Assembly: GCF_006345805.1 (NCBI RefSeq)
Contig: NC_043008.1
Span: 65,658,001-65,722,000 of the forward strand
Direction: 5' to 3'
Length of the DNA stretch: 64,000 bases
Origin: Octopus sinensis
Taxonomy: Eukaryota
Shown here: positions 1 to 12,689 of the stretch, piece after piece
Numbering within the stretch: the first letter of the stretch is position 1
Layout: every line of letters starts with the position of its first letter
Notes under the pieces: generated by a model
The model's database searches: none
The model's input: the letters and a program-made list of their open reading frames with translations, nothing else
Told to the model about the DNA's origin: nothing
Translations under genes and position numbers: made by a program

Positions 1-66
1 TTAATTTACTCTGCTATGTATTGAGTACCTTATTTACTGTGGTTAACCCCTACTCAACCCGGGACC

Positions 67-111
<45 letters not shown>

Positions 112-471
112 TATATTGTTCATGGGAATTTAACTTTCGAGAGAACGTAAAATAATTCTTTTGGCAGAATTTGTTCTAAACGTACATATAATGTTGTGAA
201 TTATCGCATGTAAATATTAGGTTCAGACACCCTTTTTCGAGGCAATGTCGAGAACCAATTCCAAAAAAGAATATCATTTTTGATATTTTAATATCACACT
301 GACAGATCAACAAACACCTACATATATACATAAATACAAACGCATATATGTGTATACTCACAAGAATTTTCCACATATACCTACACATTCAGCACATATG
401 CTACACATACACAGGTTCAGTAAAATTCTATGAAAAGTATTTGGAAGTATTGGTGATATTATACACTGACA

Positions 472-496
472 AGATAGATAGATAGATAGGTACATG

Positions 497-564
<68 letters not shown>

Positions 565-565
565 T

Positions 566-624
<59 letters not shown>

Positions 625-625
625 T

Positions 626-710
<85 letters not shown>

Positions 711-716
711 TAGATA
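472..716 (+). repeat. (TAGA)n microsatellite
   Basis: Near-pure TAGA array of about 60 units ending in (CAGA)n; source of the YLSI-repeat ORFs. Confidence 0.97.
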
Positions 717-1565
717 TTGGTATAAATTCCAAATACAAAAGATACATATGTACATATCGGTCTATAGACTTGTATGTATATGTATGTGTATACATATGTA
801 TATGAATATATATACATACATATGAATGCATATAATTAAGAATTTATGTATATGCATGTGTACGTAATATGCATACTTATGAAGATTTCTTTTGTAGATT
901 TATTATTTCTAATACTTATTTTATATGATTTTTGTGTGTCTTTATTTGTAAAAACATGTTTACATCATATATAAATCGTGTGCTAGAACACAGAATATAA
1001 TAACTCTGTTTCATAAATTTTGAATTCAATAAATTTTCAAGATTTCTAAATTCTACAACCCATCAGGCCATCCCTATGCTATGCATACAATGATTTTATA
1101 CATTATTCAATATACATACGTAGTCAATAAGTTTTTATTTAAATTCACGCGCTCACGCACAAAAACACAGGTATATACATAAATATTAAGGCACATGTGC
1201 TGTTGTGATAGTGGTTCTGCTTTTAGAGAAAAAGAGCGTATTATATATATATATATATATATGAATATATATATAAGTATGTATGTATGTATGTATGTAT
1301 GTATATAAATCGAAGTTAAGTATTCACATATGATTTCTTTTATATATCTGACTTCTATCTTATCTGTAAGCCTGTCATTGTATTTTCTTATCAGAGTTGT
1401 TTCTATATAAATATATATATATTTGTTTCTCTGCCATTGTTAACTGTTTACCTTTGTGTGTATTTGCATGCATAAAGGCATATAAACAATGTGTATGACT
1501 CTGTTGGAATACACACACACGCATATACATATATAATATATATATATAATATATATATATATACA

Positions 1566-1932
1566 CTAGCAAAATGCCCCCCCGTCCAATGGACGGTACT
1601 GAGTTGTCAAACATTTAAACCAAATTTTCTCGAAACAACTTGTCCGACCGTCCCATAGGCCTCCCCTTTGAGAAACACTGATTTAACCTAAATCCAGCAA
1701 AAGAAGAAATAAAGATAGACTTTTTTTCTATTCCAAGGAAAACGATTTTACAAATACACGTTCCCACGGCTTTATCGATCGCATTGTCACCTGGAATCGA
1801 TTTTTGTAATTTTTTCAAGAGTGATACACGCCCTGATACCGTCGGTATCTACATATAAAATTTGAGCAATCGAATGGAGGATGCCCGAGATCCTAAAAGA
1901 CACACATACAGAACGGATTTTATATGATATGA
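1566..1932 (-). mobile_element. Non-autonomous Helitron (about 370 bp)
   Basis: Minus strand reads A|TC (1932-1931) ... CTAG|T (1569-1566). A hairpin ccgtcc-aat-ggacgg (1582-1596) sits 12 nt from the 3' end. No TSD; TA repeats on both sides. Confidence 0.75.
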
Positions 1933-1940
1933 TATATATA

Positions 1941-2018
<78 letters not shown>
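1933..2018. repeat. (TA)n microsatellite
   Basis: Near-pure TA array. Confidence 0.97.
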
Positions 2019-2022
<4 letters not shown>

Positions 2023-3186
2023 TTCAGGATCCAGTACAATCAACATTTAGGATATTTTACACAAATGTTATATAATGCCACGAGATGAAAGGGCCAATAT
2101 GCATTATATACCATTTGAGAGAAAAGTGCGAACTATTAACTTTTACTCTCAACTCATGAAGAAGATGGTTCTTTTACATAATTGTAATTGATATGTCCAT
2201 CAATAAAAAAAAACACACCTGAAACAGCAGTGGTGAACACCAGCCCATGTGTGTTATAATATAGATACATACATACTGAGAGAAAGACAGACAGAGACAT
2301 ATATATGCATGTATATTACAGATATGTAAGCGTGATGTGTGTGCTTACATAAATTTGCCATTGAATGGGATTTATTGACTTTCGATGATATGACAAAATG
2401 GAAAAGTGCAAACTGATAGTCACAGAAAAATATAGAACAGTGCCGGGAAATTAACACAAATTCAATCAGATTAATGTAACCTGATTGGGTATTTTGCTTA
2501 TTAGATATACATTTTGGGTTTAGAAATACAAAATAAAAGGTCAAATAAAAGTTATTTCATGTATGCAACAGCAAAAACAACAACTGAAATAACGGCAACA
2601 AACTATTGAATTATTGAACAATCCCATCCAATTATTTGAAATTATGCTGACGTTAATTCTCCGGATTTCTTGATTTAATTCTAAATAATTTAAAGAGTTG
2701 CTAAATTACAATGTATTATATATCATTAAATTAACCATAAGAAAATAGGCCACCTTCTGAGTGAACAATTAAAAGTGTAAAGCTATCATATATATGTATG
2801 TGTATATTGGGGTTTTGGCTGTTATTAGAAGATACGACCTGGTATCATTCTCCTCCAATTGGATCTTACTCCTATAGATCCAATTTACGAAGCCAAACCT
2901 CCCCAGTTGGAACCATATTTCCTAGTAAAACTTGAATAACAGTTGAATTAGGACCTAAAATTTGAGACATAGTATTACTTTGCACATGAATTTATTTAAA
3001 ATTAACTGAAATAGTTTTGTTTTTAATTTTAAAATCTACTCGCCGGTAGAAAGTTTCAAAATATATAAACAGAACATTTAACCTCGTTAAGAGTTGTAAT
3101 CAAGAATATTTTTTTTCTTTAGCAAAGGTCATATCTTAAAAATTTGATATGGATCTGGTTTCTCATTATGAAAACATTATTATTAT

Positions 3187-3385
3187 CCGTTGGCACGCTG
3201 GATAAAAACACATAGGAGCATTTTGATCGTCTTTAGTTCTGAGTTCAAATTTCACTGCGGTAAACGTTGCTCTTAATCCTTTAGAAGTCGATAAAATAAG
3301 TAGCAATTAATCACTGAGGTCGACGTAATCGACTAGCCCATTCTCCTAAAACAAATAACAGATCTTTTGCCTATTGCTGAAAGTA
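3187..3385 (+). mobile_element. SINE family C, degenerate copy
   Basis: gttctgagttcaaat ... gtcgataaaataagt ... gtcgacgtaatcgact matches the better copies at 9437 and 33190. Confidence 0.65.
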
Positions 3386-3389
3386 TTAT

Positions 3390-3781
3390 CATTGTTTTAC
3401 TTCTCAGAACGCTCAGTCTTGTCTGCTCAGGTACACACTATGTGAACGGACAGTAGCTTGCTGTTAGATGTCTCACAAGGTATCTTTCCACATATAAGCT
3501 ATGGTACCTGGTTCTTAATTATTGTGAGAGACATTTAACAACCAAGTACTAATCTCAAAATCCTAGCTGTTCCAAGCAGAGCAATTTTTTTAGCTTGCTC
3601 TGCTCTTATATCAATTACCATTTCTCTGACGTATTTCTCGAACTTGGCTGTTAATTCTCCAAGTGACCCAACAGCTACTGGAATGACACTGTTCTCATAG
3701 ACCACATCCTTGCAATCTCTTCTTTTAGTAGTCTATATTTTTCAATGATTTCTAGTTCTTTGTCACTTATGCGTACACTCC

Positions 3782-3782
<1 letters not shown>
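3390..3782 (-). mobile_element. 5'-truncated R4/Dong-like (restriction-like endonuclease) LINE, 3' end
   Basis: Minus translation KELEIIEKYRLLKEEIARMWSM..IPVAVGSLGELTAKFEKYVREMVIDIRAEQAKKIALLGTARILRLVLGC* (stop 3535-3537, one frameshift) is typical of the RLE-LINE C-terminus. It abuts a (TAA)n array. Confidence 0.8.
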
Positions 3783-3875
<93 letters not shown>

Positions 3876-3876
3876 C
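3783..3876. repeat. Compound (ATT)n(GTT)n microsatellite
   Basis: Direct reading. Confidence 0.95.
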
Positions 3877-3898
3877 ATATAGAAAAATAATAATATAC

Positions 3899-4057
3899 AG
3901 GCACAGGATTGGATACGTGGTAAGAAGCTTGCTTCCCAACCACACGGTTTTGAGTTCAGTCCCACTGTGTGGCATCTTCGTTAAGGGTCTCCTACTTTGG
4001 CATCGGGCTGACCAAAGTCTTGTGAGTAGATTTGGTAGACGGAAACTGAAAGAAGCC

Positions 4058-4097
<40 letters not shown>

Positions 4098-4336
4098 CTA
4101 TATATATGTGTATGTGTGTATGTATATGTATATGTATATGTGTGTGTACCTTTGTGTGTGTTTGGATCCCGCCCGCCACCATCGCTTGACAACCGATATT
4201 GGTGTGTTTATGTTCCCGAAACTTAGAATAAAGAGTAGGCTTACAAAGAATACATCCTGGGGACGATTTGTTCGACTAAAGTCGGTACTCCTATATAGCT
4301 GCTGCCAAATGACTGAAACAAGTAAAATAATAAGAG
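3899..4336 (+). mobile_element. SINE family A (tRNA-like head, internal TA/TG microsatellite, LINE-like tail)
   Basis: Collinear with the copies at 56350 and 60583: gttcagtcccactg..ggatttggtagacggaaactgaaagaagccc, then (TA)n, then gcttgacaaccgat..gactgaaacaagtaaaa. Confidence 0.85.
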
Positions 4337-4379
4337 AGGGTTTAAAGTAAGAGGAAGAGATAGAGTTTGGTGAATACAT

Positions 4380-4383
4380 TATT

Positions 4384-4425
<42 letters not shown>

Positions 4426-4447
4426 GTTGTTGTTATTATTATTATTT

Positions 4448-4497
<50 letters not shown>

Positions 4498-4516
4498 TGT
4501 TGTTGTTGTTGTTGTA
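4380..4516. repeat. Compound (ATT)n(GTA)n(GTT)n microsatellite
   Basis: Direct reading; source of the polyL/polyV ORF. Confidence 0.95.
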
Positions 4517-4999
4517 ATAGTAGTATTCAGTTATCTCATTTGTGTTGATCGTTTTAAATGAACTTCCGATTGCAACTCTTTGATCATTGGATAGTTTCAG
4601 TTTTCTTTTCGTTTTGTTAATTTTAACCTTTATAATATGTGTGAAGTACCTAGCTGTGATTTTTCTTTAATAATATTCACAACTGAAAGTGTGTGTGTGA
4701 TTGTATACGTGTGTGTGTGTGTGTGAACATATTTTTTAACATTGCCAAAGCGGAACGAGTTCATTCAGTGATGTCTGGACGCTTATGTTGGGGGTACTGC
4801 AGTTTGGGTGCTGATGATTGGGCACGGCCGGTAGTATGGCGCAGTGGAGTGTAATTTGAACCCTTTTGATCACAGCACTTTGTGGTACTAAAACGAAAAG
4901 CAAATAGACGAACACACAGACACACAAGCACGTGCAGACACACATACAAACACACACACACAAACATACTCTTAGAAGCGCAGAAATATACACATACAT

Positions 5000-5070
<71 letters not shown>

Positions 5071-5086
5071 TATTGGTGGATAGATA

Positions 5087-5117
<31 letters not shown>

Positions 5118-5118
5118 G
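5000..5118 (+). repeat. (TAGA)n followed by (GA)n
   Basis: Direct reading. Confidence 0.95.
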
Positions 5119-5738
5119 AGGGGAAACATTTAAAAGAGAAAAATATTAAGATGTCTGATGTCCAAAAAGTCAATGGCAAATCAGTGACGCCAAATCAATG
5201 GCTCCAAAATGGCTGTACCACAATGACGGGGCCAAAATATCTCACCATTTAGTCAGTGTGGTGAATTACTGGTACCTTTCGCAGTCAAGTGTCTCTCATT
5301 GAGAAGACCAAGGAAAGTCGAAATCGGGTTGTCCCGGTGATGGCAGTGATTTATCTCCCCACTAACGATGCATACAAAAGTGCATTTTGCATCAAATACC
5401 AGTATGAGAATTTGTGCCATGTTAACTATAGCAGTATAGTTTGTTCTCACAAGAACATCCACATTTAATTGGGAATAACTCTTACCTCTCGGTATAAATT
5501 CTGCTTCTGCCCTTATAGTGAATGCTTAATTGCTCTGTTTTCTGATCTGGAAATTGGTTACCACAATTCCCAGATCTTAAGGTAATATTGTCATTTCTTT
5601 TAGAATGTTATGATCATCTTGTGGGACTGAGACATTTAATTTCCTAGCGTAACTCTTAACATTAGCTACTTGGTTAGATCTTTGTGTGCGAGTATTGGAA
5701 TATTGTTTAGTGTATTTGCCTTGCTTTGTAAACCTTTT

Positions 5739-5806
5739 TCTGACCTATACATGTTCGTATATCTGACCTATACATGTTCGTATATTGATCTATACATGTT
5801 CGTATA
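5739..5806. repeat. 23-bp minisatellite x3
   Basis: tctgacctatacatgttcgtata twice exactly, plus a third diverged copy. Confidence 0.9.
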
Positions 5807-5869
5807 TCATAATGCTAGTATTTCTACCAATGTATGTAAGTCTTAAATCTGTTATATCTGCGGATATAT

Positions 5870-6340
5870 TCTTCCTTGCCAAGACCGACGAGCCAGAGGC
5901 AATATAGTAGTTTCATCTCGGTTTCCCCTATGTTTTGGAATGACTGTATAGTGCTTCATTATCATTATTTATCCAGTTGCGATAAATGTCAGAAAGTATC
6001 AAAGATGAGAAGACTGTCCATTTTTGAGGTAATTTACAGGGAGTCAGCTAACTTACATGTGAAAACTCTTCTCTTTCGGTATATTAGAATTTGCTGAACT
6101 TCTATGACCTTGTCACATCTGGTTCTGTGATCATTCATCATCGAAAAGATATGCGGTATTTTCCTTGAATATAAAGGCACCGTCCAACGAAAGCTTGTTC
6201 TTCATCTGGGGAGACTGATGAAATGTGATCACAAATAAGTGTTGGTAATCTGAGAAAAATCTGCGGGAAAACTTTTCAATTTTAACCTTCATTCTTTCAT
6301 GCAAATTCTTCATCATGTTGACATATGTCACTTTCTCTAT
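5870..6340 (-). mobile_element. Heavily degraded piggyBac (PGBD4-like) transposase fragment
   Basis: Frameshifted minus-strand peptides KLSLDGAFIFK, MITEPD, NYLKNGQS and HYTVIPKHRGNR occur in the order of piggyBac motifs (LSIDES..FKGR, YMLTEP.G, L.NGHSLY.DN, Y.TGTLR.NR). Confidence 0.5.
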
Positions 6341-6515
6341 TACAAATCAGAAGTGTTCCACCAAACTTTGTCCCTTTAAATTAGCATATACACAGCAAAC
6401 ACACCGCAAAATGCATACACACAAGTACACCTCAATCACACCACAAACAGAATTTTCACAGAAAATTTCACTGCTAACACGATACAATCGCAACAAACAT
6501 TAAACATTATATATT

Positions 6516-6561
<46 letters not shown>

Positions 6562-8009
6562 CGTATATATGCATACATACATATACACCCCAAAAACAAC
6601 TGTTACACTATATACACTACAACCAGGATATAAGCAATAAACACGGCATAATTGGTACACACAGCGATTGCTTGAAGTACTATTTACTTAGTATACAGTA
6701 CTTCAAACACAGGAACATATATCTTCTTACAAAAGCAGAGGAAGTCTATACACTTATAATAAATACTATACACACAGCAATCACACCTCACACAAAAATA
6801 TACACCCACCCTAAATATAACGTAACCGGGATATATAATTATAATGAACACCTTCAAATATACCACAAACACGACATAAATTTTATATACACCACCGACA
6901 AACCATAAGTAGTATATAGTACTTCAAACACCCCACATGTTTAATATACATCACAAATAAACCATAACTAGTGTATATAACTACAAAGCAGCGCAAATAC
7001 AATGATAAAAGTATATAAATAAGATTCTCAGAATAGGCAGAACATACATTTAGAAATTCACTACGAACATAAAACACTCTCTATATATACCAAAAATACA
7101 ATACTAACTATATACACCTAGAAACATACCATAAAGTCTTTGAAATAAAGAATTGTAATTGTAGACATGACTATGAAACCAAATATTACATACAGAAGAA
7201 TAAACAAAAAAATCAATAATGAAAAACATAAAACAATATTTATGTCCCCTTTTTTTATTACCATTTGACATTATTTAATTATTATTCAGTCATCTTATTT
7301 TTAATACGTGTTTACACTTCACTACCAACAGTAGCTTTGTGTGTGAGGAACAGGTTTAGGTTTGTAATTATGACTGTATTCTTACTGTAAATAATTTACA
7401 AATATATGCAGAGTCTTGTCCTAATATTCTATGTATGCTGAGTATATTTTTCAGCCAGAGGGTTTAGATTCTGTATTTCTTCACACGTTTTTGTAATTTG
7501 CATAGTGTGTTGTGTGCTGTGTTTTGAAGCGCTATTCTATTTAGGATATAGAGTTTTACGTTCTACAGTTAAGGTTAAGCATCGTTATACAACCGACTTT
7601 GCCTTTCATCCTTTCCAAGTCGATAAATTAATCAGTGAAGAGCAAGGGTCAATTTAAACGACTAACCTCCTTTCCTCAAAATTACTGGCCATGTGCCAAA
7701 ATTTGAAACCGCTATTATTATTATTGTTGTTGTTGCATCTGTTATTGTTGCTGCACATCGCTCCTATGAGTTTGTTGCTATTTACGTTCTTACACAAAGT
7801 TATACATTTTACATTTGTTATCACTATTTAGATAATTTAAACAGGGCCTCAGAGTGCTGATTGTCTTTTGCTATATCTGCAACCCCTAGGGGCTAAATTA
7901 AGGGTTGTTCAGCAAACATGCCCCTCATTTTTTGTATATATATAAAAAAACGGATGAGAATTGTTCGGCCGCTGAAAAGAACAGCTATAACGAACCGTAG
8001 CAACATCTA

Positions 8010-8560
8010 CTCGGTAGTTCGCGCGAATGACTATTTATCAGACCAATACATCACGAGCCCCGTCCGTCAAATGTGTCACCCCGCATCTCTTCTGCATGTA
8101 CTGGCTCTAGAACCACTACTGCAGAACAAAAGGAGCATCAGGAACAACACAACACGGGAGAATTATGGAAAGAACTTTCCACAACTAAATATGTAAGCAC
8201 TACCATCACAGGAACAGTAAAAGTGATCTATGACAGCAAAAAGCAACAGGGACACTAGCAAGAACAATGCCACCTCCACCATTCTGCCAGCCGCAACAGT
8301 AAATCAACCACCAACAACATCATTAACGAAGGAAATAAAAATAAGGAAAATATGACGCATCATATAAGTGAAGCAATTTTTTAAAACTGAATATGAATCT
8401 AAAATTTTTAACTAAACGTTGGAGAAATGAGAGCGAAATATGGTACTGAATGTCCATAGATTTGTCCGTAGATTTGTCCAGCAAGAAACGGATTTACAGA
8501 CAGTTCAATACAAAACTATTGGGACAAGAAGTAGACGAGAGCAAGCAACACAACAGCAGA
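8010..8560 (+). mobile_element. Degraded L1/Tx1-type reverse transcriptase fragments
   Basis: YLSDQYITSPVRQ..ASLLHVLALEPLL resembles the L1/Tx1 motif VRQGCPLSPLLYVLALEPLL. Confidence 0.5.
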
Positions 8561-9436
8561 CAATTTGAAAGAGCAAAACTTTTATAGTCAGGGTGGTGGG
8601 GTATGGAACTTACGAAGTGGGGTTAATATCAGCGGAAGACGTCAAAAATGTACTCAATAATCTACTTAACGAGTGACGAGAACCTCCTCGTCCCCATTTG
8701 CCTTCGCCGAAGGGTGTTTAAAATAAGGATATTAAATATACCACCAAAAATCAACATTCGGTGATTGGTGACAGTGGTTCTCTTCGACACAGAGGTAAAA
8801 ACCAGTATTCTGAATATTCAAAGAATGCAGAAGCAGAACTGATTAGGACAGGGTGTGCAGGTACTTATACACGTGGATTCGACAAGTTTCGAGGATTCCA
8901 GATTTCATAAACTTACCAGATATTACAAAGCTTCATATAACTTTTGAATCAGGAGGAGAAAAAGACACAAATTCCACAAATGACACAAAGGGGACACAAA
9001 TTACACAATCGACACAAATTACCTCAAACCCTTTTGCCGACGTCAAAGGAAATCAACATTACTGCCGATGTAATTACCTCTACCCGACCTGCACCTCCAC
9101 AGTAACAACAACTGCGACACAAAATCATACTAACGATGTCGGAGACTGTACGCAAACTTAAAAGAGTTACCGGATAGTACGAGGTACAAAGGCTTAATAA
9201 AGAAGCATAGAGTGGATATATTAAGGGACACACCTTATAAATGGTAAAAGAAAGAAATGAGGCTGCTTGGTGAGGCAAGTAGTCCGTTTTCATATTCATT
9301 TCATTGTTATCATACATGTACAACATACGTTTTTAATTTTAATTTTTATATTTATTTAATTGTCTGTGTTTTTGTATGTTCCCACATGTGTTGTACTAAT
9401 ATCTGTGTATACCCTTTATGGGAAATAATGAAACAA

Positions 9437-9822
9437 GAATCGTTAATACGCCGGGCGAAATGCGTAGCCGTATTTCGTCTGCCGTTACGTTCTGAGTTCA
9501 AATTCTGCCGAGGTCGACTTTGCCTTTCATCCTTTCAGGGTCGATTAAATAAATACCAGTTACGCACTGGGGTCGATAGAATCGACTTAATCCGTTTGTC
9601 TGTCCTTGTTTGTCTTCTCTGTGGGTAGTAAAGAAATAGGTATTTCGTTTGCTCTTTCGTTCTGAGTTCAAATTCCGACGAGGTGGACTTTGCCTTTCAT
9701 CCTTTCGGAGTCGATTAAATAAATACCAGTTATACACTTGGGATGATGTAACCGACTTAATCCTTTTGTCTGTCCTTGTTTGTCCCCTCTATGTTTAGCC
9801 CACTATGGAAAATAAAGAAATA
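9437..9822 (+). mobile_element. SINE family C, head-to-tail dimer
   Basis: Two consecutive gttctgagttcaaattc..gaggtcgactttgcctttcatcc..aatcgacttaatcc..tgtccttgtttgtc units; the second lacks the 5' head. Confidence 0.88.
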
Positions 9823-10191
9823 AATATAAAGAGGCCTGAATACTGACCTCACGCTTAGAATGTTCAAAATTTTATAAAGCCATGAATAATTAAAATAACA
9901 GATACTATTGGCGTTCTCAGCATACAAAATAACGTTACACCTTCTCTCCTATATTGAAGATTTAAGCATAAAATAAACATCAATCAATACAAGCTATCCC
10001 AAACTTAACCCTTCCAATAGTACAATCATAAAAGATGTATCGAAGACGCTAAAAACAAGATAGGAGTTCAGCCATTTCGCTGCTGACATTAAGAAATATA
10101 CTTAAGAACTAATATATCCCTGAAACATATATCTTTTGATATCAGTAATAACATTTTCACATTTTAAAACTATTGAAAAGCTAAACTGAAG

Positions 10192-10632
10192 AAGTCTTGT
10201 ACAATTTTTCAAGTCAACATATCTTTTAACTGAAAATGTTATAACATTAAATATTATTTTATGAAATCTCATAACTGTGTAACTATAAAAATAAAAATCT
10301 TTGAAGATATATCAAACTAAACAGTAAAATTCTTGTCAAATTTCTCAAGTCAACATAAATCGGTTTTAAATTTATTTTTGTCATGTAAAATGGAGTACTT
10401 CACTAACTAAAATTTGATGAAATCTTGTAAATGTATATCAGAAAAATCATTACATATCATGAGTAAAATAAAAGAAGAATAAAAAATAAAAGCAGTTTGA
10501 AGAAATAGAAATCTAAATGGTAGAAGTCTTGTGAAATTCCTCGGGTCAACAATCACCTGAAATTTATTTTTCAAATAAAAGTATACGATACAGAAAGTAT
10601 TTATTTGATGAAATCTTATAATAGTATATCAG
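10192..10632. repeat. Three diverged copies of an approximately 100-bp non-coding module
   Basis: Copies at 10192, 10328 and 10524 share aagtcttgt.aaatt..tcaagtcaaca followed by tgatgaaatct..gtatatcag. Confidence 0.7.
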
Positions 10633-11660
10633 TTAATTTGTAGATGACATATCTTCTAGTAATAACAAAGAAGAAGAAGAAGAAGAAGAAGAAGGAGAAG
10701 AAACGAAATTTATTGAATTCGAAAAAGACCAAAAAAAACTCTATTGTTGGTTTAGTAAACTTTTCTATTCTTAATTAAATTTCACTAAATTAATATCATT
10801 TTTGGTATCTATGAAGAGATATTGTATACTAAAATTATGGAGTAGTAGTTTCGTGTTTGGGAAAGTGAATTACAAATAATTTATATTTTTATATATATAT
10901 TTTCTGTTAGAAATTCATTTTTATCAATATACTTATTGAGATTAAAGGTTATCAAACACAGTCAAAGATAGTGAGAACAAGAAAGCGAGCTAAAACAGCA
11001 AAACACAAAATTTATATATATAAAAAAGGAAAAGAGTAGTAGTAATAAAAAAAATAAATTTAAAAAAGTATATATAAAGCAATGGTCGATATATTGATAA
11101 AGAGAGAAAAGGGAAGCGAAGAAAAGTAGGAGAGGCGAGAAGTACACCACGAAAACAGGGAAGAAATATGAGCATTGTTAGCTGATTAATATCCAATAGT
11201 GACCTGTTATTTCAAATCTTCTAACTTCCTACCACCCCTATCTTTCAGAATGAGTATTTCTCCAGAACAATATCTATCAATGAATCACAAAGGTTACAAA
11301 CAGTTGGCTGCAGTAAATACAGTAATGCTTCCTTCTTTTTTTCTTTTGTTTTATTGTTTTATTGTTGTAAATGCTTTATTATATTTTGCTTTTGTTTTCC
11401 CCCTCTCTCTTTCTCCTCTGATTTTACCCAGTTCTTCCTGCGTGAAGAAATATTGTAGTATTGTATAACATGCTGCAATCTACCAATTTCTTGTTTTTCA
11501 TGTTCTTCTCGCTTTTCTCCGTATTTGTTGATATTCTTTATTCTTTTTTTTCTTTAGCTGTATTGCATTTGTGTCAAATAAAGAAATCTTCATTATTATT
11601 ATTATCCTCTCTTCATAACCTCCATCATCGTCCTTATCATTTTTAATATCATTTTATTAC

Positions 11661-11909
<249 letters not shown>

Positions 11910-12404
11910 GATGCTGTTGTTGTTCTTGGTGTTATTAATTTTGCTGCTCCCTCGTGCAACCCATTTTTAGCAAAGATAAGGTCATGCAGATAGTAAGTAG
12001 ATTTGATCTCACTGCCAGGCACAAATATTCTTTTTCTTATATTTCTGTTTGTTTATTTTATCCATCCTGTGTTGTATTTTATTTTAGTTATGTGAAACTG
12101 AAGGAGTAGGAGGTATAGTACTAGCTAAACTCCAGACCAAGGTAATGACGCGTTTTCCCATCACAATGAAACCATATAATATTTACTAAGCATAAGGTTA
12201 TGATTTTTCTTTTTTACTCATGTCCATGACGATTACTTCAAAAGCATCAACAGCCAACCCAATCCAGTCAGATTTAACTTAAATAAAACAAATCGCAAGT
12301 TAAGTTGCGAAAGTGAAGTACATCCAATATTAAATACCACGCTCGTTAAATTTATAATAAAAATGGACCTAAGTATTTGTCTGGTATTTTAAGTTGTCAC
12401 CCTC

Positions 12405-12664
12405 GATATGCGGTATTTTCCTTGAATATAAAGGCACCGTCCAATGAAAGCTTGTTCTTCATATGGGGAAACTGATGAAATGGGATGTTTTGGGGGGCTT
12501 TCGTTTTACAGAAACCCACTATATCGAGTAAGGAGGCACATGACCTAGTGGTTAGAGCAGTGGACTCGCGGTCGAGGGATCGCGGGTTCGAATCTCAGAC
12601 AGGGCGATATGTGCGTTTATAAGCGAAACACCTAAATGATAGTTAAAGCATGTTTAAACAGCAA
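12405..12664 (+). other. Composite local duplication (copy of 6148-6229 fused to copy of 13742-13925, including a SINE B head)
   Basis: 12405-12486 matches 6148-6229 at 78/82 positions. 12481-12664 matches 13742-13925 at 178/184. The two parts overlap over 6 nt (tgggat). Confidence 0.85.
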
Positions 12665-12689
12665 GTTGACCTCTGTGACATTTGCAATC

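Noticed and set aside
358-831. Long ORFs of YLSI/IYIY/HTHT/polyQ/polyN/polyL type here and throughout the ORF track
   Set aside because: They are translations of (TAGA)n, (TA)n, (CA)n and trinucleotide microsatellites that lack stop codons in some frames.
10192-10632. CRISPR-like array
   Set aside because: Eukaryotic context, degenerate repeats, spacers partly homologous to each other, and no cas genes.
12531-12600. tRNA genes at SINE-B heads (also 13791, 29414, 47839)
   Set aside because: A and B boxes are present, but there is no proper acceptor stem and the sequence continues into the SINE body.
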